Shown here piece by piece: positions 17,434-26,293 of a DNA stretch of 56,597 bases. The position numbers and the translations under genes are program-made. The stretch covers positions 1-56,597 of the IMG/VR virus record IMGVR_UViG_3300020470_005093, one strand, 5' to 3'. Below the pieces are notes generated by a model that saw only the letters and a program-made list of their open reading frames with translations, was not told the origin of the DNA and did no database searches. The stretch comes from a virus (Duplodnaviria; Caudoviricetes). How positions within the stretch are numbered: the stretch's first letter is position 1; the number at the start of each line of letters is the position of its first letter.

Positions 17434-17731
17434 CTATGAATAGATCTGCATGAGGTTTACCCATAATCAATTCGTTATACTTACAACCCCAATCATCTAA
17501 TTGTTGTTTTGTAAGATCAAATAAAGCTGCCTCTGCTGATACAGATGCTATAGAATGAGGTTGATCAGAAAATCTACCCATTGCTCGTGCAGTGAAATAG
17601 ATTATGTAATTACCCTCATCGTAAAGTTTATTTAGTACCTTGATCCTATCCTGCCAAGGTTCTGCTTTATGGTAATCTCTACCTACAGTAGGTGTACAAA
17701 TTGTACCATCAATATCAACACAATATCTCAT
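17393..17731 (-). CDS. HAD phosphatase (capsule-biosynthesis type)
   Basis: VDIDGTI, YFTAR, GKPHADLFIDDK. Confidence 0.8.
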   Translation of the reverse strand: MRYCVDIDGTICTPTVGRDYHKAEPWQDRIKVLNKLYDEGNYIIYFTARAMGRFSDQPHSIASVSAEAALFDLTKQQLDDWGCKYNELIMGKPHADLFIDDKGINCDDFFRN

Positions 17732-18443
17732 TTATATCCTCCTTTGTTAATACATAAGTTCCTGCATGTGATACAGCAATTGCTGCTGCTTTATTTGCAT
17801 AAGGGATTGCAGTCTCTATTGATTTAGTTTGTATATAACCAACAACTAATGCTGCAAGGAAAGTATCACCTGCACCAGCAACATCAAAGACGTTTACTTT
17901 CTCTGCTGGATATAATTTGCCTTGATACTCTGCACCTTTCCCACCTCTAGTTATAATCAAATTATCTGTTGGTGTTTTTAAATTCTCATATTCAATATCA
18001 TTTACTTTAGTAAAGCATCCATGAGGTATTTCTTGCTTTTTAGTGTCAACAAATACTGGACCTTGAAAAGAATAAACTATCTCGAATAATTTCTCTTGTG
18101 TTATGAATCCTTTGTTATAATCTGATATAACAAGAGCATCATAATTATCTTCTGGTTTTTCAAACTTTAATTCTTCAACCTCATATTCTTCATCGACACG
18201 AAGAATTTGTTGATTTGATTTCTTATCAATATATCTAGTCTTTACAATCTCCTCCTCTTGAGTAATCATATCAACTTCAGCACCAAAAGCATTTAGATTA
18301 TTGAAAACATTCCATGCCATTCCCTCCGTTTTAGTTGTCCTAATATAATTTAACACAGGAACAGGTGCTTCTGGACTCAACCGTTTGGCATCACCATAAA
18401 CATATTTGTCAATACAACTATCACCAATTAACAATATTTTCAT
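17715..18443 (-). CDS. hldA: D-glycero-D-manno-heptose-7-phosphate kinase (RfaE/HldE domain I)
   Basis: RLSPEAPVPV, SDYNKG, DVAGAGDTF PfkB motif. Confidence 0.9.
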   Translation of the reverse strand: MKILLIGDSCIDKYVYGDAKRLSPEAPVPVLNYIRTTKTEGMAWNVFNNLNAFGAEVDMITQEEEIVKTRYIDKKSNQQILRVDEEYEVEELKFEKPEDNYDALVISDYNKGFITQEKLFEIVYSFQGPVFVDTKKQEIPHGCFTKVNDIEYENLKTPTDNLIITRGGKGAEYQGKLYPAEKVNVFDVAGAGDTFLAALVVGYIQTKSIETAIPYANKAAAIAVSHAGTYVLTKEDINEILC

Positions 18444-18841
18444 AGGTTCTGTATTTTCTTAACTGTTTTACTACTAGCATAACCTCCCACTCTTGGAAGA
18501 AATCTTGTTTCCATAGCATATTCCCAACCAACTACATCACCATCCCTCCAATCATCACCAAGTAATAGTATATCAGGTTCATATAATTGAATCAAGCCTT
18601 CTAATTCTTTTCTGTCACAAAACGTCAACACAACATCAATATACTTGATTGCCTCAAGCATTGCAACTCTATACTTTAAATCATTGATAGGTTTATGATC
18701 ACCTTTATCCTTTTTTATCTTCTCATCAGTATCCGTGGCAACAATAACCTTATCACCCAGTGATCTTGCAACTTTAAAAAGTTCTATATGACCTGGATGT
18801 AGAATATCAAATGTTCCATTAGTCCATACAATTTTAGACAC
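18440..18841 (-). CDS. hldC: heptose-1-phosphate adenylyltransferase (RfaE/HldE domain II)
   Basis: WTNGTFDILHPGH nucleotidyltransferase motif; adjacent to hldA. Confidence 0.85.
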   Translation of the reverse strand: MSKIVWTNGTFDILHPGHIELFKVARSLGDKVIVATDTDEKIKKDKGDHKPINDLKYRVAMLEAIKYIDVVLTFCDRKELEGLIQLYEPDILLLGDDWRDGDVVGWEYAMETRFLPRVGGYASSKTVKKIQNL

Positions 18842-19586
18842 GATAAACCTCGTCTACAGTTACCATACTTGCCCTCTTGTTGATGATTCTATTCACTTCA
18901 GGATCATCTTTCTGTTCCTCAGTAGGAATATAAATTGCCTTTGAATTTATAGGACAATTTTTTACAGGATCAGTTAGATAATAAACTGCTATACTCTTTC
19001 TGTAACACTTCTCAGGACACTCTAAAGGAGTGGGTAATCCATGATATGAGTTTTGTGTCGTATCAAAAATTACAGCACGATTAAACAAAGTATCAATAGA
19101 AGTTACACATTCTTTTCTATCTGCTGACCAGAATTCTAATTGACCTTTCCACTCAGGATTCCAGTTCTCTGCAAGATAAACAATAAGATTTAACTTCCGT
19201 TGGAGTTTCAGTTTAGGATGTATAGAATAATCAAGATGTATGTTAAGTTTACCACCTTTTTCATGTATATGCAACCCTCCACCATGCAAACCAACATCAG
19301 GATAGAGTTTCTTAATACCAGTAATTTTTTTTAACTTAGATATAAATGTAGGTGAATTTAAATAGCAAAATGTAGAATATAAATTTCTAGGAAACAAATT
19401 CCATACGTTACATGTCTTTTTATTTTCTAATGGATTATCATATACATACCAGACATCAGAATTATAATCAGGAAACTCACGACTTAATGATATAGCAGTC
19501 TCCTCATCAAAAAAATTATCTATAACTGCATGATGAAATGGTTTTCCTGAAGTAAACTCATTTTTTAATTTGAGTTGATTAATCAT
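18834..19586 (-). CDS. 2OG-Fe(II) oxygenase
   Basis: GGGLH, HLD, YHG and RKS motifs. Confidence 0.9.
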   Translation of the reverse strand: MINQLKLKNEFTSGKPFHHAVIDNFFDEETAISLSREFPDYNSDVWYVYDNPLENKKTCNVWNLFPRNLYSTFCYLNSPTFISKLKKITGIKKLYPDVGLHGGGLHIHEKGGKLNIHLDYSIHPKLKLQRKLNLIVYLAENWNPEWKGQLEFWSADRKECVTSIDTLFNRAVIFDTTQNSYHGLPTPLECPEKCYRKSIAVYYLTDPVKNCPINSKAIYIPTEEQKDDPEVNRIINKRASMVTVDEVYRV

Positions 19587-20209
19587 ATATAATTATCTTC
19601 TGCAAAAATTGTATCATACATATTCATCTCTTTATGTACATGATGCATATCATAAGGATCAAACCTATCTCCTGTACCAATCATCAACTCCCTATCAATC
19701 TTACCATGTTCTCCATCAGTGTATAAAAAACTCTCATCTAATGTTGCCACATAGTCTGCATTAGCCCACCAAAAATTACCACTAAAATGAGGTGAAGGAT
19801 GCATCCTCAACTTAGCTCCCACTGCATCATAGGTTTTTAATTTTTTGATACATTCTTTCCACCTATCAATAACAATATACTCTAAAAACATTCTCCATGC
19901 ATGAAGTTGAGGAACAAACTGTCTACTTGCTCCCTTTGCATGAAAGAATAATACTTTATAATCTGGATTTAACTTACAAAATCTATATACAGACTCTACT
20001 GTTTCTCCTTCATCTTTAGTTAATCGTTTATTATAAAGAACTTGTGATTTTTTTGGTCGTGAAAATAATTCATGCTCACCTACAATACCAATATGAATAA
20101 ACTCACATGCATCCATCAATCCAGATGCATATAATCTGTGCATCTGTTGTTGATATATCAAACCAGATAATGGAGTCTGATATAAATGATAAAAAATTGC
20201 TATCTTCAC
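19583..20209 (-). CDS. glycosyltransferase-cluster hypothetical protein
   Basis: FFHAKG and HFSGNFWWA motifs; overlapping start/stop in operon. Confidence 0.6.
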   Translation of the reverse strand: MKIAIFYHLYQTPLSGLIYQQQMHRLYASGLMDACEFIHIGIVGEHELFSRPKKSQVLYNKRLTKDEGETVESVYRFCKLNPDYKVLFFHAKGASRQFVPQLHAWRMFLEYIVIDRWKECIKKLKTYDAVGAKLRMHPSPHFSGNFWWANADYVATLDESFLYTDGEHGKIDRELMIGTGDRFDPYDMHHVHKEMNMYDTIFAEDNYI

Positions 20210-20871
20210 AAGTTACTCCATTTCGCAATTGTTTCCTTTGCTATTCTTATAGACTTTTCTTTATCACCTGTGCCAACATGAACAGCATAATCATGGTGTG
20301 AACCAGCACCAAGAACTCCTTGATACTTTAAACCATACTTTGCAAGATTATATGATAAAGCAAACTCATCAGCATAATGACCCCACCCACGGTTCCATTC
20401 ATTTGGTTCCTCATCATTAGGGACTGCTAAGTCAGAAATTTGTTCAGGTGTGAGTGGTAATGGTTCCCAAATATCATGAGTTAATTGGGATGAAACAACT
20501 AGATTAGTAGCAATTCCAACATCTCTACCATCTCTTACAAAATACTTTATTCTATTAGTATAATATTTTTTACTAATATTATAACCATAATTGAAAGCAA
20601 CTGCATCCTCAGATAAAAAAGTTTCAAAGTCTGGTAAGTTTGGATGAAGTAACATATCAGCATCAACTAAGACATTCATTTGATTATCTTTACCATCCTC
20701 ATAGACCTGCATCTTCTCATAAGTGATAGGATAATCAGGAAACTTTCTCTCTGTTATCATATTAATAATATATCCGTTCCTCTCTGCATATAATCTAATA
20801 GTAGGATATGTTATCCTAAAAAGTTTTGGAAAGAAATTATTAATATTAAGTACGTGTATTACCTTTTTCAT
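20206..20871 (-). CDS. putative GT-A glycosyltransferase
   Basis: YEK...LVDADML DxD motif. Confidence 0.6.
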   Translation of the reverse strand: MKKVIHVLNINNFFPKLFRITYPTIRLYAERNGYIINMITERKFPDYPITYEKMQVYEDGKDNQMNVLVDADMLLHPNLPDFETFLSEDAVAFNYGYNISKKYYTNRIKYFVRDGRDVGIATNLVVSSQLTHDIWEPLPLTPEQISDLAVPNDEEPNEWNRGWGHYADEFALSYNLAKYGLKYQGVLGAGSHHDYAVHVGTGDKEKSIRIAKETIAKWSNL

Positions 20872-21602
20872 TTATATTCAGTTAATGCCGTTCCGTCTTC
20901 TCTAATTGTCGATAACCCATAATTATCTTCATATGCGTAAAGATCATCCTGAACTATCCCAAACATATCTGACCTTATCATTGCATCTGCAGTGGTTATT
21001 ATACCATGATTAATACTATATGCAACCAAGTTCTTTGCAATAGCAGGATCAATAGAATAAGCATGTGCTCTACAAATAAATCTATCCAATCCTTTATGGT
21101 CGGTTGCATGTGGAGGAATAGTATCATCCATAGGCATACTTCCATCTACTTGCTCACTGCCTCCCAAATAAACAATGTTATTATAATAACTGTGCCTAAG
21201 ATATGGTTTGACCATAACAGCATCATGTTCCAAAATAACAATTGGTTTATCCTGAGATAAGCATAGACACCATAACGAATAGTGAGAAAGGAAACATGCA
21301 ATCTGAGTCATTAATAGATCAGACCTACGCAATCTTAAAAAATTAAGAAATGCTTGGTCTTTTAAAGCTTCAGGAACCTTAATAGTTCCCATCTCCCCTA
21401 TTGGTTGCCCAAGTTTATGATCTTGAGTAGCTATAGGAGAATTTGTAGCATCAAAACCAGGCACAACTATAACATTAGGTTGACCTACTTTCTTACATGA
21501 TTCAAAACATTGTTTAGTAAGTTTCTGAGAAACCTCATTACCCTCAATAGAAATAATATAAGTTGCCCCCACATCCATATCATAAGAATTATAATAATTC
21601 AT
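20868..21602 (-). CDS. glycosyltransferase family 25
   Basis: IACFLSHYSLW...IVILEHDA...AHAYSI. Confidence 0.85.
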   Translation of the reverse strand: MNYYNSYDMDVGATYIISIEGNEVSQKLTKQCFESCKKVGQPNVIVVPGFDATNSPIATQDHKLGQPIGEMGTIKVPEALKDQAFLNFLRLRRSDLLMTQIACFLSHYSLWCLCLSQDKPIVILEHDAVMVKPYLRHSYYNNIVYLGGSEQVDGSMPMDDTIPPHATDHKGLDRFICRAHAYSIDPAIAKNLVAYSINHGIITTADAMIRSDMFGIVQDDLYAYEDNYGLSTIREDGTALTEYK

Positions 21603-22264
21603 TTCAATATCTCCTCACACTTATCATAAAAGTAAGTATTATATACATTTTCTCGACTAGAAAATAAATGAAAGAACATCTCAACACCTAAAGAATTTTC
21701 AAATGTAGTTCCAATACCATAACTACCACGACCCTTCCCAAGATTCCATTTACCACCAAAAGGATCTCTGATATAAGATTTTGGCATGAATATCTCAACT
21801 TCTACTCCTTGCTCCTCTGCATCATAAGTATAATATTCACATGTATCTGCTCTAATATGATCAGGAGCAAATGATCTTCTACCAAACTTATCATAGTTGG
21901 TTCTGTTTATACAGAAACATGAAGATCCAACAAACATATGCTCATCGTTATCAATGTGCATAGATCGTTGAGCATTACCAATTATAATATTCTTCTCTGC
22001 TTGCGTAAAGATATAATCTAATGCATAAGAATTTAATGGTATACAATCAACATCTAAAAACAATACACTATCATATCCTTCTTCAAATAAAGCAGATGCA
22101 CCATAATCAAGTGCTTGATAATGTATTATTTGATCTTCTCCCACTTTACAGAATAATGGTTTATAATCTGCAACAGTATTATATTTCTGTAATACTCTTT
22201 GATGCAAAAATAGAAGGTTTTTATCTATAGCATCATTATAATATGTAAGTATAGCTCTTTTCAT
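21599..22264 (-). CDS. putative GT-A glycosyltransferase
   Basis: LFLDVDCIPL DxD motif. Confidence 0.6.
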   Translation of the reverse strand: MKRAILTYYNDAIDKNLLFLHQRVLQKYNTVADYKPLFCKVGEDQIIHYQALDYGASALFEEGYDSVLFLDVDCIPLNSYALDYIFTQAEKNIIIGNAQRSMHIDNDEHMFVGSSCFCINRTNYDKFGRRSFAPDHIRADTCEYYTYDAEEQGVEVEIFMPKSYIRDPFGGKWNLGKGRGSYGIGTTFENSLGVEMFFHLFSSRENVYNTYFYDKCEEILK

Positions 22265-23550
22265 TAGAAATCTTTCATAAAATCATGTAATTTTTCAATC
22301 GTCTTATCCCAACCATTATACTCCATTTGTTGAATAACGACAACATTATCAGGATACCAAGTATTTTCTTTAACATTCCACGTTATATATGGCACTAAAG
22401 GAGGAAGAACAACAACCTTTGCTCCCATTGCACCAGCAAGATGTGCAACTGCGGTACATGATGTAACTACTAAATCAGACTCAGCAATAACATCATATGT
22501 ATCACACCAATCATGAATCAAATGAGAAAGATCCCATACATTTGCATTCTTAGGAAGATTACTATCCTCTATTTGCAACGAAAACAATTGTCCATACTTC
22601 TCAAGTCCCAATAAACCCTCAACAGGAACACTTCTAAATTGTTCATGTTCGAATTGAGGATTACCTCTCCATCTAATACATATCTTTTTCTTACCATTAG
22701 CAATCCTATTCATCTCATCAACGGGATTTGCTTTCCTCTTTAAGTATGGGAAAGTTACTCCTTCACGAGGATGATTTAACCCTAGAAAATATGGAGCAGA
22801 CATAGCAGGTACATATTTGTCCCAACCAGTCTTTGTAATATATTCAGGTGTATATACATTCTCATATCCACATTCTTCTAATAAAGGTATTAATGATTTG
22901 GGTGCAAATATCTTTACTGTCTTACAATATTTTTTAAAATTTTCTACATAACGAACAAATATCATTCCATCACCCATACCTCCTTCAAGATAAAAAGCAA
23001 TCGTATCTACTGTCTCACCATTCCACCTATACTGCTCACCTATATTATAATCCTTCCTCAGTATCCACTCATGACCCCATACTCTTAATTCATCACTAGC
23101 ACCTGCACGAATATACTTATATCCTTCTTGTAATTTATCTTCTGCTAATAGATACCATCCATAATTAAATGAAGCACGCGCATTAGTATCTGCAATCGGT
23201 GCTAAAATTTCTCTAGATTTATCAAATTTACCTTGTGCATTTAAATATAAAGACAAGTCTATTTTATGACCATCATCAAATGTCGGAAGAGATCTCATAA
23301 TCTCTTCTGCTTCATGTGCTCTATGTAAAAAATATAAACAACTAGCTTTATTAACAAGAAGATGAGGTGTTTCTGGCAATTTATCCAAACATTCTAAAGT
23401 TTTATCAAACTTTTTATCTTCATAGTAGGTTCCAGCTAAAAGACCTAGAATTTGCTCATCTTCCTCATGATTCAAATAAGCAATAGCAAGTTTTTGTGCT
23501 GCAGCAAATTCCTTTGCGTCATACAACTCATTAATTAATTGTGGTATCAT
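22264..23550 (-). CDS. TPR-containing GT9-like glycosyltransferase
   Basis: N-terminal helical repeats; EGGMGDGMIFVRY; DLVVTSCTAVAHLAGAMG. Confidence 0.8.
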   Translation of the reverse strand: MIPQLINELYDAKEFAAAQKLAIAYLNHEEDEQILGLLAGTYYEDKKFDKTLECLDKLPETPHLLVNKASCLYFLHRAHEAEEIMRSLPTFDDGHKIDLSLYLNAQGKFDKSREILAPIADTNARASFNYGWYLLAEDKLQEGYKYIRAGASDELRVWGHEWILRKDYNIGEQYRWNGETVDTIAFYLEGGMGDGMIFVRYVENFKKYCKTVKIFAPKSLIPLLEECGYENVYTPEYITKTGWDKYVPAMSAPYFLGLNHPREGVTFPYLKRKANPVDEMNRIANGKKKICIRWRGNPQFEHEQFRSVPVEGLLGLEKYGQLFSLQIEDSNLPKNANVWDLSHLIHDWCDTYDVIAESDLVVTSCTAVAHLAGAMGAKVVVLPPLVPYITWNVKENTWYPDNVVVIQQMEYNGWDKTIEKLHDFMKDF

Positions 23551-23576
23551 AATAAATCATAATATAAATTAGATAA

Positions 23577-25871
23577 TTAAACAGCCATGCCTAAGAATGT
23601 CCATTTCAAACTTGTAAAAGCTTGAGATGATTCTAATCTAATTGCATTATATGCACCTGCCGTATCCCAAGAAGTAGTAGAAATAATAGCACCAAAGTAA
23701 CCACTACTACCTGAAGTTGTTTCTCCAATCTGACCAGAAAAATTGAAAGTTGGACGTACCACCGTACCAGTAGGTTCAACAAAATTTATTTCACCTGCAT
23801 AAAACTTTTTATTATTGCCAGCAAGAAGTTGCCCCCAATCACATCCTTCACCAATATTCCAATGAGAACTACCCTCTCTTCCCTGAACTGATGTTCTCCA
23901 AGAAGTATCAGCAGCTGTATATGAAGATCCACCATCTGTAGAAAGGTTAATTCCAAACTTACCATTACTACTTAACACAGTTGAAAATAGTATTTTATAA
24001 AAATGATAAGTAGTTGTCAATTGATTTGTTGTTACAACAGAAGTAGTTCCTGATGTAGCAGATCCAGACCCCAATTTAACCCATCCAGCAGCAGGAGTTG
24101 CCCATTGAGGAGCAGCACCCGTACCTTTACTTGTTAATACTTGCCCATCTGTTCCATAGTGACCTGTACCAGCAATACCAATTTGACCTGCTGTACCTAT
24201 GCGGAGTTTTTCTGCATTAATATTTCCTAATACTAAAGGACCACTATAATGATTAAGAATATAGGAAGTATCACTACCACCTTGGTATAACTTTAAACCA
24301 TTAGAATCACCCGATGCATTTTTAAGCCGTAGTTCTCCTCCAGATTCAATTATATTACCAGTAACATTTAGACTAGTAGAAGTTACAACACCAGCACTAA
24401 CTCCACCAGCACTAAATCTAGCACCACCCGCTTCTAATATACCAGCCTGGAAAGTAGCAATTCCCACTCCACCAGCAGTAAATGCAAATTGATCTGCAGC
24501 AGGAGAATATAAACCAGTATTTGTATCTCCATTGAAGTAAAGACCTGGTGCTGAAATTGTACCAGCAGTAATTCCAAGTCCTGCCAACATATTATCCCCC
24601 ATTTTACTGAGGAACATTCCACTAGCTTCAAATGGTGATGCGTCTACCCAGAAAGCAGAAGAACCAACACCTAAAGCACTTTCATCATAATAAACGAATG
24701 TTCTTGCGATGTCAATATTGAACCATAAATCTCCACTAGAAGGAGTAACAGGAGCAGTTTGTCCAATACTAACAGAACCTCCACCTCCTCCTCCACCACC
24801 ACCTGAAATGGTAATGTCTACTGTATCAGTTGATGGATTATATTGGAAAGTATTACCAGAACCAACAAAATTAAGTTGAGTTACACCAGTACCAATTCTT
24901 ACTCCACCAGACTGAATACCAATCTGACCAGTAAACTCTGTACTAACACCACTCAGAGGATCCCCAACCAAATTACTAATAGTAGCAGTCGTAAAGGTAA
25001 CAACCCCAATACTGGCATTCGTTGCATTAAACTGAGCAACTGTACCAACACCCGTTATATTCGCATTAGTTGCACTAAGATTAGCAATCGTACCCAAAGA
25101 AGTTATATTGGGTTGAGCAGCAGTTTGTAATGTACCCGTTAAATCACCAACAAAACTTGTAGCAGTTGCAACTCCTAATACTGCATTAGTAGAATTTAAC
25201 TGAGCAATAGTACCAAGACCAGTAATATTAATATTTCTACCTGTTACCTCATCATATACAACATCACCAACAACATTTAAGTTACCAGCAACATATAAAT
25301 GACTACTAAACGTACCAATACCAGCAAAGGTAGATACTCCTGATACGTTTACATTATCTAACTCTGAATGTCCAGTAACATTAAGTCCCGAACCACCTGA
25401 AATATCTGCACCACCATTAGCATCTATAGCACCAGTGAATGTAGATACACCAACTACAGCATTCGTTGCATTAAACTGAGCAACTGTACCAACACCACTT
25501 ACTAATAAATTATCTTCTGCAATTACATCCGCCTTGAATGTAGAAACTCCAGTTATTACTAAATCATCATATTCATTAGGACTACCTTTAGTCGCTGCTT
25601 CAATCGTATTCTGGGTTGTCGTATCCAGACTAGCAATATTTTTTAATTGTCTCGCAGAACTTATAACTTCATTCGACCCAATACTTAATGAACCTACAGT
25701 AGAAATTCCAGATATTACTGTATTAGTAGCACCAATTCCTCCAATAACATGGAATTTGTGCTGTACTATAGTAGTACCTATACCAACTGAATTTAACTCT
25801 GTATCAGAATATATGAGGTTATTATTTACCTCAATACCATTCTTAACTATAAAATTCTTGTTAACAGCCAT
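23577..25871 (-). CDS. tail fibre protein
   Basis: MAVNKNFIVKNG start, G-V/I-x-T repeats, poly-Gly, GDLWFN, PGLYFNGDTNTGLYSP, GTDGQVLTS. Confidence 0.85.
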   Translation of the reverse strand: MAVNKNFIVKNGIEVNNNLIYSDTELNSVGIGTTIVQHKFHVIGGIGATNTVISGISTVGSLSIGSNEVISSARQLKNIASLDTTTQNTIEAATKGSPNEYDDLVITGVSTFKADVIAEDNLLVSGVGTVAQFNATNAVVGVSTFTGAIDANGGADISGGSGLNVTGHSELDNVNVSGVSTFAGIGTFSSHLYVAGNLNVVGDVVYDEVTGRNINITGLGTIAQLNSTNAVLGVATATSFVGDLTGTLQTAAQPNITSLGTIANLSATNANITGVGTVAQFNATNASIGVVTFTTATISNLVGDPLSGVSTEFTGQIGIQSGGVRIGTGVTQLNFVGSGNTFQYNPSTDTVDITISGGGGGGGGGSVSIGQTAPVTPSSGDLWFNIDIARTFVYYDESALGVGSSAFWVDASPFEASGMFLSKMGDNMLAGLGITAGTISAPGLYFNGDTNTGLYSPAADQFAFTAGGVGIATFQAGILEAGGARFSAGGVSAGVVTSTSLNVTGNIIESGGELRLKNASGDSNGLKLYQGGSDTSYILNHYSGPLVLGNINAEKLRIGTAGQIGIAGTGHYGTDGQVLTSKGTGAAPQWATPAAGWVKLGSGSATSGTTSVVTTNQLTTTYHFYKILFSTVLSSNGKFGINLSTDGGSSYTAADTSWRTSVQGREGSSHWNIGEGCDWGQLLAGNNKKFYAGEINFVEPTGTVVRPTFNFSGQIGETTSGSSGYFGAIISTTSWDTAGAYNAIRLESSQAFTSLKWTFLGMAV
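25015..25496. repeat. 38-bp exact direct repeat (25015-25052, 25459-25496) plus degenerate copy (25183-25220)
   Basis: gcattcgttgcattaaactgagcaactgtaccaacacc, encoding GVGTVAQFNATNA. Confidence 0.9.
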
Positions 25872-25899
25872 CGGGTTTCACTCTCCGCCCTTTTATTTT

Positions 25900-25911
25900 T
25901 ATTTATAAATA
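25900..25911. promoter_or_regulatory. overlapping divergent T4 late promoters (palindrome TATTTATAAATA)
   Basis: TATAAATA on both strands between divergent ATGs at 25871 and 25934. Confidence 0.8.
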
Positions 25912-25933
25912 TAAAAAAGTATTTCGTCTAGAT

Positions 25934-26293
25934 ATGGCAGCTCAAGTATTATCAGGAACTGGTCCGTTAACATATACCAACAACACTGGAGAGAATGTAA
26001 GAATAGTAATTAACTTCATAGACGTTGGAAGTACTTCTGGAACAATGAGTTTTGGAGGGGGTGCAAGTGTTAACCTGTATGGTGGACACGCTTACGGTAA
26101 AAATCTAGCATTTATTAGTGCATCGTCTTCTGCTTCACTGATAGGAAGTGGTGTTGATGGTGGCAGTACTCAAGGAAGTAAAAGTGGTGTCCCTATGGAA
26201 TTAGGACTAGCAAGTGGAGATACCTTTAGTATATCATCACCTTCTCAAGGACCAGCTAATTATAATATCATTGTTATCCCTGAATCTGGTTGA
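25934..26293 (+). CDS. small beta-rich putative virion protein
   Basis: 119-aa ORF downstream of TATAAATA; stop abuts the stop of the convergent gene. Confidence 0.75.
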   Translation: MAAQVLSGTGPLTYTNNTGENVRIVINFIDVGSTSGTMSFGGGASVNLYGGHAYGKNLAFISASSSASLIGSGVDGGSTQGSKSGVPMELGLASGDTFSISSPSQGPANYNIIVIPESG

